A stretch of 64,000 nt of DNA, taken from Candidatus Kapaibacterium sp. (GTDB lineage Bacteria > Bacteroidota > Ignavibacteria > Palsa-1295). The notes beneath the pieces are model-generated. The model ran no database searches. It saw nothing but the letters and a program-made list of their open reading frames with translations, and was not told the DNA's origin. The position numbers and the translations under genes are program-made. This document shows, one piece after another, positions 28,228 through 37,817 of this stretch. The stretch is from assembly GCA_038210275.1 (NCBI GenBank), contig JBBQWV010000002.1, forward strand, positions 134,141 to 198,140, read 5' to 3'. Each line of letters starts with the position of its first letter. The first letter of the stretch is position 1.

Positions 28228-29241
28228 ATGAAATCTCTCTTAGTTGTTCTTCTGGCACTATCCTGCTCGTTTATTTCCGGCTGCGTTTTGGATTATAATC
28301 CGAACTCCAGACTTCCCCCGGAGAACCCTTTCCGAGCATTAACATGGAATGCTGATGGAAGCAGGATATTCGCCATTGTTGATTCGTTTGCTACAGGCAC
28401 TTCGTATAGAATTAAGGAATATGATAAGGACGGTAATCTGCTTCAATCATTTCCACAGCCGGAAGAATTGAGTTATTGGTCAGGAAGATTCATCTGGGGT
28501 ACAAATGACGACTCCACTTTTTATTTTACTTCTCGTAGAGACTTTTATCGTGTAAATAAATATAATCCCGCAAATGGCTTGATCTCAGAGATCGCAGGAG
28601 GCACGGTTTACGGAATATCTCCTGATCGCAATCATGTATTCATTGGTCCTTACGGTCAATCTTCAGGTTCAAGCATCCAAAATGATTTTCTGATCCTTGA
28701 CGTGAGTACATCCAAAACACGTTTACAAAAAAGTTGGCAATCCGCTGTCCCTTCATACTATTATTATAGTGGCGCATGGCTTGGCAATAGCAGCGTCGGG
28801 TATTTTCGATATAATCAATTGAACTTGGTTGACTTTGTTATTGTCGATACGAACGGAGTGCGAGTGGATTCTTTCGACGTTCCTTTCAGTCGGCGAAACG
28901 AGACCAGAATTTATCATGGAAATGGCAATATACTATTTGCAACTCCGGATAGTTTAATCCAATTTGATTCTGTTACGCGAACATTCAAAACATTGATCAA
29001 GGATTATTTCATTGAGTCAAGCGTATCCTCCGACGGTACATTCATTGTTTATTCAACGGGTGGTTATTATGGCGGAAGTCCGTTATTTGTCATTAATACA
29101 AAGACAGGAGTTTCAAAAATGCTTACAGGTCAAGCCTCAGGTCTTGTTGCAATTTCACCTGCGAATGATCATGTTGCATATTTAGATAATAGTGATTCGA
29201 AAACTTATAAACTCACTGTTATACCTGTAAGTGCTCCATAA
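28228..29241 (+). CDS. hypothetical lipoprotein (possible beta-propeller)
   Basis: Lipobox LALSCSFISGC. Ser/Thr/Tyr-rich repetitive sequence. Confidence 0.4.
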   Translation: MKSLLVVLLALSCSFISGCVLDYNPNSRLPPENPFRALTWNADGSRIFAIVDSFATGTSYRIKEYDKDGNLLQSFPQPEELSYWSGRFIWGTNDDSTFYFTSRRDFYRVNKYNPANGLISEIAGGTVYGISPDRNHVFIGPYGQSSGSSIQNDFLILDVSTSKTRLQKSWQSAVPSYYYYSGAWLGNSSVGYFRYNQLNLVDFVIVDTNGVRVDSFDVPFSRRNETRIYHGNGNILFATPDSLIQFDSVTRTFKTLIKDYFIESSVSSDGTFIVYSTGGYYGGSPLFVINTKTGVSKMLTGQASGLVAISPANDHVAYLDNSDSKTYKLTVIPVSAP

Positions 29242-29279
29242 AAAATGCCGCAAGATAAACTTTTGGCATTTTTTGATTT

Positions 29280-31820
29280 TTAAATCTTGACCTGTAGCTG
29301 CAGAACATACATTCTCGGCAATCCGAAATGTGTGCCGCCAAAAACAGATTCAAATTTATAGAGATACTTTGTATCGAGAACATTCAAGATCGTACCGGAT
29401 ATCTTTGCAGGCACTCCGAGCGTTTTATTAAAATCAAATCCTGCAGAGAGATCAAGGATAAAATGGGACGCACTTGATTTATCCGGTGACCCAGGTTTAT
29501 CGACTGCAAGATTTAGAAGATTTATAATATCATCACTATATCCTCGGCGTTTTAATTCAGCTTTTGATTGCGCCTCATCAAGCCCTACGCCATTGGAATC
29601 GGCAATATCAAAAGGTAAGCCTGAATCAAATCTTCCACCAAGCGTAGAAAAAAATCCGGATGGGTGAGCATAGTTTAATGTGAATGATGCTGTCAGAGCT
29701 TGATTGTGCTCGGTTTGGAATGCGTCTTCACCGGCAAAAGGTTTATTGTAATTTTCTCCTTCTTCACCAATGATAAGCCCACCGGCAATAGGAGACGAAC
29801 CATCACTCGGTTTCAAACCTCGCGCATCACACGTTGCAAACGAGAGTGTACCGGAAAAATTATTCCAGTCATGAAGCCGCACTTCAAGTTCGCCGCCAAG
29901 GACTCTTCCTTGTTTGAGATTCACAGGGAAGATCACTCCGGAAACACCAAGTTCGACTTTGACAATATAATTATCAATAAACTTTCCATATCCGTTAAGA
30001 TCAATATCAATGTTCTCGTTAAGCTTGTATGAAGCGCCGATCTCGACGACGTGTTCTTTTTCTGACATGACAGATGTGGGAGTACTTCCCTGTTCTGTTC
30101 CAACAAGTATTTTTGCCTCATCCGAACTTGAAACCAAAATGTTTTCAACCGGAGCTTGCATGATGATTCTGTTATAAGAAGCTTTGAGCCAAAGATCACT
30201 CGTTAAATGATAAGCTGCCGATAGACGCGGAGAAATACCGGATTCATCAGCAAGAAGTTTAAACATATCGTATCGCAAGCCTGCATCAATGATCCAGTCT
30301 TGGAGCGTCAAATGATCCTGTGCATAAACTGAGAATCTTGTTCCAGTCTTTGATTGATTGACAAGAAACGGATGCCCTCCTTGAGTTAAATCATACGGAA
30401 TTAGCCTGTCATCACCACCTGGGAGAGCAGGATTCGATTTATCCGGATTTGTTACCGCAAAAGTAAAAAACTCTTGTAACGGATAGGACTCTCCACCAAC
30501 TCCGAATTTCAAAGCATTCGGTACAGAAAACCATTTTGTAACAGCAGAGAATTCAACTTGTCCACCGATCACTTCATCAATGCGGTGAGCGCCGATAAAG
30601 AAATCTTCGTTTTCTTGCACTGCCTTTATTGAATCGGCAGCGGAATTGATCTGCATTAAGCCTCCGCTCGTATTCATTGCTTCGGTTTGGCGTTTGTAAC
30701 CTAAAATACTCAGAGCAGAATTATCCCCAAGCGTTGCATTTAACCGCGCTGCGAACATATAATCGGAAAGATTTTGTCTTTGGTCCTGCTCCGGAGGTGC
30801 AGGAAGTTGCAATGTTCTGAGACCGGTCTTTCCGCCATTTGCAATACCAAAATTTGCGAGATTGCGAGTGCCAAGGATGACAATATCAATATTATCGGAA
30901 AGAAGAAAATCTGCTTTGGCAAAATAATTATGGGTGTATCCATCAGTATGGTTCGGATCAAAACTTTTTATCGGATCGAGATACCTATCAGTTTCAGAAC
31001 TTGAATACCCTGCAAAGAGGGCAACACGCCCATCAATATTTCCGCCAATAGAAAGCGTTCTAACCATCGTTCCAAAGCTTCCGATGCTTGCCGAACCTTC
31101 AGCGAAAACAGGAGCGTCGAATCCTGATCGAGTATTGATGGAAACAACTGCAGAAGTAGCAACACCATATTCGGCAGGAAGTCCGCCGCGCTGAATATCT
31201 ACCGATTTGATAAGACTTGCGTTAAAAAGGCTCGAATAAATTCGGGATGAATTCGTCGTGACCGGGATGCCATCGATCACATATTGCAATTGGGCATCTT
31301 CCCCTCTGAAATGCATTCTGCCATCTTCATCAGGGACAGCGCCCGGTGTATTGAGAATGATCGCTTCCATCTTTTTTGGTGAAGAAGCCGCAGGCAGATT
31401 TTCTATCTGACGAGAGCTATAATATGTATGTGCTCCGGGTTCGACATCTCCCTTAGACCCTTCAACGATGATCTCACCAGCTTCGACCTTGCGCAATCCC
31501 GCAAGCTCTAAGTGCTGCGGAACGCTTGAATTTATAGTTACAGTGCCTGTTGATATAACGGAATTACCATCAAACAGTCTGACATAATATGATGCAAAAG
31601 GAACATCGTGTATAATAATTTCGTCTGTTGCGCCAACTTTTGCTTCTTGGACAAGAACTCTTGATGACTTTTCAACAAGTTGAATCCTGAACTTACCTTC
31701 GCCCTTTAATGCATCAGGGCTGACTTTAACAACCAATGTTCCTGATGATTGCTGAGCAAGTGTCTCAGAAAAGAAAAATATAAGAAAAGCGAAACAGAGA
31801 AAGAGATTGCGATTCTTCAT
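29280..31820 (-). CDS. TonB-dependent outer-membrane receptor with N-terminal carboxypeptidase-regulatory-like domain
   Basis: Signal peptide, CarbopepD_reg-like N-terminus (GTLVVKVSPD...), plug region (…IILNTPGAVPDEDG…), long beta-barrel. Confidence 0.65.
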   Translation of the reverse strand: MKNRNLFLCFAFLIFFFSETLAQQSSGTLVVKVSPDALKGEGKFRIQLVEKSSRVLVQEAKVGATDEIIIHDVPFASYYVRLFDGNSVISTGTVTINSSVPQHLELAGLRKVEAGEIIVEGSKGDVEPGAHTYYSSRQIENLPAASSPKKMEAIILNTPGAVPDEDGRMHFRGEDAQLQYVIDGIPVTTNSSRIYSSLFNASLIKSVDIQRGGLPAEYGVATSAVVSINTRSGFDAPVFAEGSASIGSFGTMVRTLSIGGNIDGRVALFAGYSSSETDRYLDPIKSFDPNHTDGYTHNYFAKADFLLSDNIDIVILGTRNLANFGIANGGKTGLRTLQLPAPPEQDQRQNLSDYMFAARLNATLGDNSALSILGYKRQTEAMNTSGGLMQINSAADSIKAVQENEDFFIGAHRIDEVIGGQVEFSAVTKWFSVPNALKFGVGGESYPLQEFFTFAVTNPDKSNPALPGGDDRLIPYDLTQGGHPFLVNQSKTGTRFSVYAQDHLTLQDWIIDAGLRYDMFKLLADESGISPRLSAAYHLTSDLWLKASYNRIIMQAPVENILVSSSDEAKILVGTEQGSTPTSVMSEKEHVVEIGASYKLNENIDIDLNGYGKFIDNYIVKVELGVSGVIFPVNLKQGRVLGGELEVRLHDWNNFSGTLSFATCDARGLKPSDGSSPIAGGLIIGEEGENYNKPFAGEDAFQTEHNQALTASFTLNYAHPSGFFSTLGGRFDSGLPFDIADSNGVGLDEAQSKAELKRRGYSDDIINLLNLAVDKPGSPDKSSASHFILDLSAGFDFNKTLGVPAKISGTILNVLDTKYLYKFESVFGGTHFGLPRMYVLQLQVKI

Positions 31821-31908
31821 GTGGGATATCGTATTCCTGAAATTTCATATACGATTGCCGAAACAAACAAGAAGAGATCAAAAAACGACTATGAATAATT
31901 ATTCATAG

Positions 31909-33807
31909 TCAAAAATAACGTTTTTCCCACAACATAAGGTTTAGTAGCGACCAAAGCAGGTCGCCATTCTTTCGCGCGCCTGATTCATGCTCAGATTGCA
32001 AAGTCTTGATATAGTTTTTATCAAGATATTCTTTGACAATTCTACTGGAGTTTAAGCACTCATCAAACAATGGTTTTAGATCTTTCTTCAACCACTCTGC
32101 AACTGGCGCGGCAAAGCCTTGCTTCTTGCGGTAAATATGTTCATTCGGCAAAATTCCTTCACTTGCTTTCTTTAAGATATGCTTCGGTACCATGTTTGGA
32201 CCAAGCTTTATTCGCATCGGCATTCTGAATGCATACTCAACGATACGATGATCAAGAAACGGTACTCGCGCTTCAATACTCGTTGCCATTGATACTTTGT
32301 CAACGCGCATGAGGAGCATTTGCGGAAGACGTTGCTGAAATTCCAGATACATCATCCGTTGCTGATATTCTGCATTTGGATACCGTTCTGAAATTTCTCG
32401 GTGCCACTTCTCCGGAAATTTATAAGTTGAATGATCTTCTTTCGAATAGTTATTGAATAAACTCCTCTTATGTTCTTCCGTGAAAGCCATTGCACCGCCC
32501 CAAAAGAACTCTTCTCCTTCCGAGTAGCGTCTGAGATATTCGCGCATCAAGGGATGCTTAATGAAAGGACTTGAAGCAATATACCCTGCCCGACGAAGTG
32601 GCTTTGGAATAAAACTCTTCCAATACTTTGACCTGAATTTCAGATTACGGATCATCCACGGATAACCCAAAAATTCTTCATCTGAACCTTCGCCAACCTG
32701 TACAACGATCGTCCCGCTATCACGAGCAAGTTTGGAAACGAAATAGAGTGGAATGCAGACGGGGTCGCCATTCGGCTCATCTTCATGCCAGGCAAGATCA
32801 GATAATTTATCTTGCGCAGTTTTTGCATCTATGAGAATTTCGTGATGATCGGTTTTGAATTTCTCGGCGATCTGCCGCGCATAGCCAAGTTCATTGTATT
32901 TTTCAAGTTCGCTAAAACCAACAGTGAATGTTTGCACCGGACGATCCATCAACTCACTCATTAATGCAACATTCAAACTCGAATCAATACCGCCGGAAAG
33001 AAAAACTCCAAATGGCACGTCGCTCATCATCCTATCTTTGATCGCACGACGCAAGAGAAAGCGAAGATCTTCGATAGCTTCTGCTTCGGTCAAAGATTCT
33101 GTCATTGGACCCGCATCGAGCAATGTCCACCAACGCTTCTTCGTAATCTCGCCACTGGCAGTAATGCGCAATGAATGCCCGGCTTCAAGTTTAGATATTC
33201 CCGCAAACATTGTCTCCGGTGCCGGAGGCATTAAGAGCGAAAGATAATGTGGTAAAGCTTGCTCATTCAATTCTCTTTTAATAGCAGGGTGTTCAAGTAA
33301 AACTTTTATTTCACTTGCCCACAAAAATCTACCATCGGGATTTGCGTAATAAAGCGGTTTGATTCCTATGCGATCACGGATAACGAAAAGCTCTTTGGTC
33401 TCTTCATCATAGATTGAGATCGCAAACATTCCAAGAAATTTCTTGAAGCATTCTTCACCCCATTCTTTGTATGCATAAAGAATAGTCTCCGTATCTGAGC
33501 GCGATCTATATTGATAACCTTTCGCCTCAAGCTCTTGACGAACTTCGAGGTGATTATAAATCTCTCCGTTAAAAACAATGGTATATCTTCCATCAGGAGT
33601 TGACATCGGCTGATGCCCGGCCGGAGAGAGATCAACAATTGCAAGGCGGCGGAATGTTAAACCGCATTGTCCGTTGCGAGATATGTGAAAGCCCGCATCA
33701 TCGGGACCTCGATGAATCATACGGTCGGACATGCGCGTCAGCAACTCGGGGGTTACTTGCGGGTTTTTCGAAAATCCGTAATCATATACTCCTGCAATTC
33801 CGCACAT
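31909..33807 (-). CDS. asnB: asparagine synthase (glutamine-hydrolysing)
   Basis: MCGIAG N-terminal nucleophile, GATase-II domain, PP-loop SGGIDSS in the synthetase domain. Confidence 0.9.
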   Translation of the reverse strand: MCGIAGVYDYGFSKNPQVTPELLTRMSDRMIHRGPDDAGFHISRNGQCGLTFRRLAIVDLSPAGHQPMSTPDGRYTIVFNGEIYNHLEVRQELEAKGYQYRSRSDTETILYAYKEWGEECFKKFLGMFAISIYDEETKELFVIRDRIGIKPLYYANPDGRFLWASEIKVLLEHPAIKRELNEQALPHYLSLLMPPAPETMFAGISKLEAGHSLRITASGEITKKRWWTLLDAGPMTESLTEAEAIEDLRFLLRRAIKDRMMSDVPFGVFLSGGIDSSLNVALMSELMDRPVQTFTVGFSELEKYNELGYARQIAEKFKTDHHEILIDAKTAQDKLSDLAWHEDEPNGDPVCIPLYFVSKLARDSGTIVVQVGEGSDEEFLGYPWMIRNLKFRSKYWKSFIPKPLRRAGYIASSPFIKHPLMREYLRRYSEGEEFFWGGAMAFTEEHKRSLFNNYSKEDHSTYKFPEKWHREISERYPNAEYQQRMMYLEFQQRLPQMLLMRVDKVSMATSIEARVPFLDHRIVEYAFRMPMRIKLGPNMVPKHILKKASEGILPNEHIYRKKQGFAAPVAEWLKKDLKPLFDECLNSSRIVKEYLDKNYIKTLQSEHESGARKNGDLLWSLLNLMLWEKRYF

Positions 33808-33813
33808 ATTGTT

Positions 33814-34149
33814 CTATTCGCTTTCGAGAAAGGATATAATATTACGGAAAACGTTAATAAAGCGCTCAGGCTTCATCGAGCCTGCTTTATTAATGATAAG
33901 ATTCTGGTGGAGCGTAAATAGTCTGTTTGGTCTGATGTAACTTTCTTTCAAGAGTCCTCCATCAAAGAAATCTACAGTCGATAATGGAATTGAGAAATTA
34001 TCGTTCTTTAGTTTACTGGTAATTTGGCAAAGAATTAGATCTTCATTATCTATAACTTTAAGGACTAATGCAGGACGACGCTTTGCTTCTCTGAGGTCGG
34101 TAAAGGGAAAGTTGACGACGACAATATCACCTCTCATAAATCTTTCCAT
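33814..34149 (-). CDS. mazF: MazF/PemK-family type II toxin (endoribonuclease)
   Basis: RGDIVVVNFPFTDLREAKRRPALVLKV matches the PemK/MazF signature. Overlaps the upstream small ORF by 16 nt. Confidence 0.7.
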   Translation of the reverse strand: MERFMRGDIVVVNFPFTDLREAKRRPALVLKVIDNEDLILCQITSKLKNDNFSIPLSTVDFFDGGLLKESYIRPNRLFTLHQNLIINKAGSMKPERFINVFRNIISFLESE

Positions 34150-34328
34150 GCTTCATCCTCCTCGGGCGATAACCAATCTTTTGCCAATGCAGCTTCACTT
34201 AAAAGACTTATCTCATTCACATCGATTGCCCGAACAATTTTTAAAGCACGAATAAACTCAAGCACTTCGGAAGAAAATTCCTCCGGCGCTTCATCAATCT
34301 CCTTTAATATAAGTTCTTTAGTACTCAT
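34134..34328 (-). CDS. antitoxin, DUF2281-like (MazE functional analogue)
   Basis: 64-aa acidic protein ending ...SPEEDEAWKDL, as in DUF2281 antitoxins. Gene order antitoxin then toxin with overlap. Confidence 0.5.
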   Translation of the reverse strand: MSTKELILKEIDEAPEEFSSEVLEFIRALKIVRAIDVNEISLLSEAALAKDWLSPEEDEAWKDL

Positions 34329-34381
34329 GCAATGATATAAACGCTTTACGACAGAGAAAGGTCGCGGTTACGTTGGTGCCT

Positions 34382-34906
34382 TTATTTAATTTTCCATTGC
34401 AAGAAACCTAATGAATCAGCAGACTTATTTTTTGGGAGTGTAATAATAGCATGTGTTATAATAAATGTTTCGGGTGCAGGAGTACACTCAATATGAATAG
34501 TATCATCTTTCATTGCTATTTTTGTAGGGTTTGTTTTTTGCTGATTTGAGCCTGCCATATAATCAAAACTCAGCAGAACGGAATCGTGATGCAATGACAC
34601 GTTATTTATTGAGCGAATCGAATTACCATACAAATATAGCCCTGTGATATTCACCGTAACCAAAATGGAATCTGTCAGTAAATCCGAATTTGTGACTTCA
34701 TATTTCGCGGTATCAGGATAGCCATAAGAGTGTGTGTTCACAAAAAGATATGTTGAATCGGAAGAAAGAGGAATTTTTATCGAATCAGTAAAACTCTTTA
34801 CTATCGGTGCTGTTCCATCTGAACCACAGCCGCCAGTTGTACAACCGTGGAAAAGGAATAAAGAAACTCCGAAAGGGAGTATTGCTAAGATTTTAATATA
34901 TTTTTT
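34382..34906 (-). CDS. hypothetical lipoprotein
   Basis: MKKYIKILAILPFGVSLFLFHGCTTGGCGS signal peptide plus lipobox. Confidence 0.4.
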   Translation of the reverse strand, partial: KKYIKILAILPFGVSLFLFHGCTTGGCGSDGTAPIVKSFTDSIKIPLSSDSTYLFVNTHSYGYPDTAKYEVTNSDLLTDSILVTVNITGLYLYGNSIRSINNVSLHHDSVLLSFDYMAGSNQQKTNPTKIAMKDDTIHIECTPAPETFIITHAIITLPKNKSADSLGFLQWKIK

Positions 34907-35024
34907 CATAGTATTGAGGTAGTTCTTCATAGTAAGACACATTTTCTCCGTAATAGTTACAAAATAAATCTTTCGGAATGACAAAGAACATGAATGCGTT
35001 ACTAATCCTGATAATTATATACCC

Positions 35025-36068
35025 ATGTCAGAAGAGCAAAAAACGAGCGCTATTATTCGCGAAGGCGATCTTGAGAAAGTTTATGGAAAGCGAAAGCCGC
35101 GTATTCTATCCGGAATGCGACCTACGGGCAAACTTCATATCGGGCATTTTGCCGGAGCGCTGGAGCCATGGGTAAAATTACAAAATATTGCCGAAAATTT
35201 TCATCTCATCGCCGATTATCATGTCCTGACGACAAAGCTTGATACGTCGGATATTTTGCAGCTTTCGATCGACATGGCAACGGATTGGATAGCATTTGGT
35301 ATTGATCCGGAAAAATCGCCGATATTTAGACAGTCTAAGGTGAAAGAACATGCTGAGTTATTTTTGCTTTTTTCGATGCTTATCTCGAAGGCACGGTTAG
35401 AGCGCAACCCGGCTGTCAAAGATCAGGTTCGCGATCTGGGGATTGGCGAAGCGATGACGTATGGGCATCTCGGCTATCCTGTATTGCAGGCAGCGGATAT
35501 TCTTTTATACAAAGGCGAGCTTGTCCCTGTCGGCGAAGATCAAGTCCCTCATGTTGAGATCACCAGGGAATTCGCTCGTGATTTTAATAATCATTACGGG
35601 CAGGTCTTCCCTATTCCGCGTGCCTATATTTCCGATCATCCGAGACTTCAGGGTTTGGATGGAAAGCGCATGTCAAAATCACTTGGCAATACGATTTTAC
35701 TGAGCGATACTCCTGATGATACTTGGAAGAAAATGAAATCGGCAGTCACCGATCCGTTGAAGGTCAGAAAAAATGATCCCGGTCGTCCGGAAGTATGTCT
35801 GATCTATACATACCATCAAAAATGGAATCCTCTTGAAGTTCAGGAAATTCACGATGGCTGCACAAGCGGCGCACTCGGTTGTGTGGATTGCAAAAAGCGA
35901 GTTACGGAAAAATTAAATGAATCCTTCGCACCCATGCGCGAAAAAAGAACGGAATTAGCAAAAGATCAGGGAGTCGTTCTTAAGATAATGGAACAAGGCG
36001 AAGTTCGTGCCCGTGAAGAAGCCGAGAAAACGATGCGCGATGTTCGCAATGCAATGAAATTCGGATAA
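35025..36068 (+). CDS. trpS: tryptophan--tRNA ligase
   Basis: LSGMRPTGKLHIGHF (HIGH) and KMSKSLGN (KMSKS). 347 aa is typical of bacterial TrpRS. Confidence 0.9.
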   Translation: MSEEQKTSAIIREGDLEKVYGKRKPRILSGMRPTGKLHIGHFAGALEPWVKLQNIAENFHLIADYHVLTTKLDTSDILQLSIDMATDWIAFGIDPEKSPIFRQSKVKEHAELFLLFSMLISKARLERNPAVKDQVRDLGIGEAMTYGHLGYPVLQAADILLYKGELVPVGEDQVPHVEITREFARDFNNHYGQVFPIPRAYISDHPRLQGLDGKRMSKSLGNTILLSDTPDDTWKKMKSAVTDPLKVRKNDPGRPEVCLIYTYHQKWNPLEVQEIHDGCTSGALGCVDCKKRVTEKLNESFAPMREKRTELAKDQGVVLKIMEQGEVRAREEAEKTMRDVRNAMKFG

Positions 36069-36088
36069 AGATTAAACTTGCGCTTTTT

Positions 36089-37798
36089 TTAATGCTGCAC
36101 AATGAATGGGATCTGATTTTTTTTCCCATCTTGGTTGACATACATAAAATAATTTCCGGAAGGTAGTTTGTCAATATGAATTGATATATTATGATCATCA
36201 ATAATTTCGAACTGACATTGAAATTTTCTTCCGAGCATATCAAAGAATTCTGGTTTTGAGAACCTCCCATTGCTATTGGAATGAATCGTCACTTGTGAAT
36301 TTGCAGGGTTCGGGTAAATGTTGAAACTCGGATTATTTGCTTCCGATACTGGAATGGTCTCTGAATTAGAACTACCACTAAGCTTGAAGACCCAAGCATT
36401 TTTACCCGATGAATCCTGATGTTGCCCCAAGAGATCACCGTCATGAGAATTTGAAGATCCGGCGATGGCGAAACCTCCGTCAGAGGTTTTTACAATAGAA
36501 AATGCCCCATCGTCGCCTGTTCCACCAAGGCATTTCTGCCATTGAATGTTGCCTGAAGAACTAAGCTTAATTATCCATGCATCGGACCCACCATGGTTAC
36601 CTGCTATATATTCATCTGTTGATCTTGTGAAGCCCGCTACTGCATACCCGCTATCCGGTGTTTGTATAATACTTGATATTTCCTCTGCATTTATCCCCCC
36701 CAAGCATTTCTGCCATTGGATAGCACCTAATGAAGTGAGTTTAACAAACCATGCGTCGGAATTGCCATGATTACCTGCAACATCTCCATCAATACAATTT
36801 GTTGTTCCTGCGACGGCAAATCCCCCATCAACAGTTTTGATGAGACTATATAACTCTGTATAACCGGAACCTCCGAGGCACTTCTGCCAAATTATTTTTC
36901 CCGTATCGTTCGTTTTTACAACCCAACCGTCAGGATTTTTATAAGATTTGGCATGAAATCCCACAACATCGCCATCAGATGAAGTAGTAGATCCTGCGAT
37001 AACATATCCATGATCATAATCTTCTACGATCGAGTGACCATAGTCTTGGTCTGTTCCGCCCAGACATTTTTGCCATTTAATCCTTCCGGATGAATCAAGA
37101 TGAACGATCCAGACATCAGAAAAATAATCTGGATAGATGCCCGAATGAAATCCCATAACATCTCCATCAAAAGAAGTCGTGTATCCAACGAAAGTATATC
37201 CTCCTTCTTTACCGGAGTTTTCAATAATCGAAGTTGCATACTCGGAATATTCTCCACCAATACATTTCTGCCATTCTATAATCCCTGAATTCGTCAGTTT
37301 TACTATCCATGCGTCCGAACAAGGATATTCGATCGAAGGACTTACTCCTCCATGCTGCCCTTTAACATCTCCATCAAATGAAGTTGTGTAGCCAGAGGCT
37401 ATATACCCACCATCACGTGTGTGAATAATGCATGAAAATGCTTCATCACCCGATCCTCCAAGACATTTCTGCCATTCGATAATACCCAAAGAATCAAATT
37501 TTGCGATCCAGGCATCAATGCCTTCGACTCCACGAACACCGTCTTTGCCATGGTTATCAATGAAATCTCCATCGGAAGAATACGTACCACCTACAGCAAT
37601 ATACCCGCCATCAGAAGTCTGAAGAATGGAACTTGCCCAATCATCATGAGTACCACCAAGAACTTCCTGCCATTGAATTCCGGGAACCATCTGTGAATAA
37701 ACTGCGCAAGGCGAAATGATAAAAATAACAATACACAATTGCGCAATTCGAATTTTGCAATTCAGGATCGCGTCTTTTAATTGTTCATTCATTGCCAT
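36089..37798 (-). CDS. tandem-repeat (beta-propeller-type, about 47-aa unit x8-9) secreted protein with T9SS C-terminal domain
   Basis: Repeating unit ...GGT.DD.A.SI..T.DGGY..AG.T.S.DGD..G.HG.SDAWI.KL...G.I.WQKC.GG... C-terminus PSGNYFMYVNQDGKKNQIPFIVQH. Confidence 0.6.
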   Translation of the reverse strand: MAMNEQLKDAILNCKIRIAQLCIVIFIISPCAVYSQMVPGIQWQEVLGGTHDDWASSILQTSDGGYIAVGGTYSSDGDFIDNHGKDGVRGVEGIDAWIAKFDSLGIIEWQKCLGGSGDEAFSCIIHTRDGGYIASGYTTSFDGDVKGQHGGVSPSIEYPCSDAWIVKLTNSGIIEWQKCIGGEYSEYATSIIENSGKEGGYTFVGYTTSFDGDVMGFHSGIYPDYFSDVWIVHLDSSGRIKWQKCLGGTDQDYGHSIVEDYDHGYVIAGSTTSSDGDVVGFHAKSYKNPDGWVVKTNDTGKIIWQKCLGGSGYTELYSLIKTVDGGFAVAGTTNCIDGDVAGNHGNSDAWFVKLTSLGAIQWQKCLGGINAEEISSIIQTPDSGYAVAGFTRSTDEYIAGNHGGSDAWIIKLSSSGNIQWQKCLGGTGDDGAFSIVKTSDGGFAIAGSSNSHDGDLLGQHQDSSGKNAWVFKLSGSSNSETIPVSEANNPSFNIYPNPANSQVTIHSNSNGRFSKPEFFDMLGRKFQCQFEIIDDHNISIHIDKLPSGNYFMYVNQDGKKNQIPFIVQH

Positions 37799-37817
37799 AG
37801 TATTCAGTTATTAATAC

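Noticed and set aside
29700-31194. Small ORFs on both strands lie inside the TonB-dependent receptor gene.
   Set aside because: They are shadow ORFs within an 846-aa ORF with signal peptide and plug/barrel features.
36089-37798. I considered whether the DNA-level periodic repeats could be a mobile element or CRISPR array.
   Set aside because: The periodicity is 141 nt, corresponding to a 47-aa protein repeat, within one continuous ORF that ends in a T9SS CTD. It is a protein tandem repeat.
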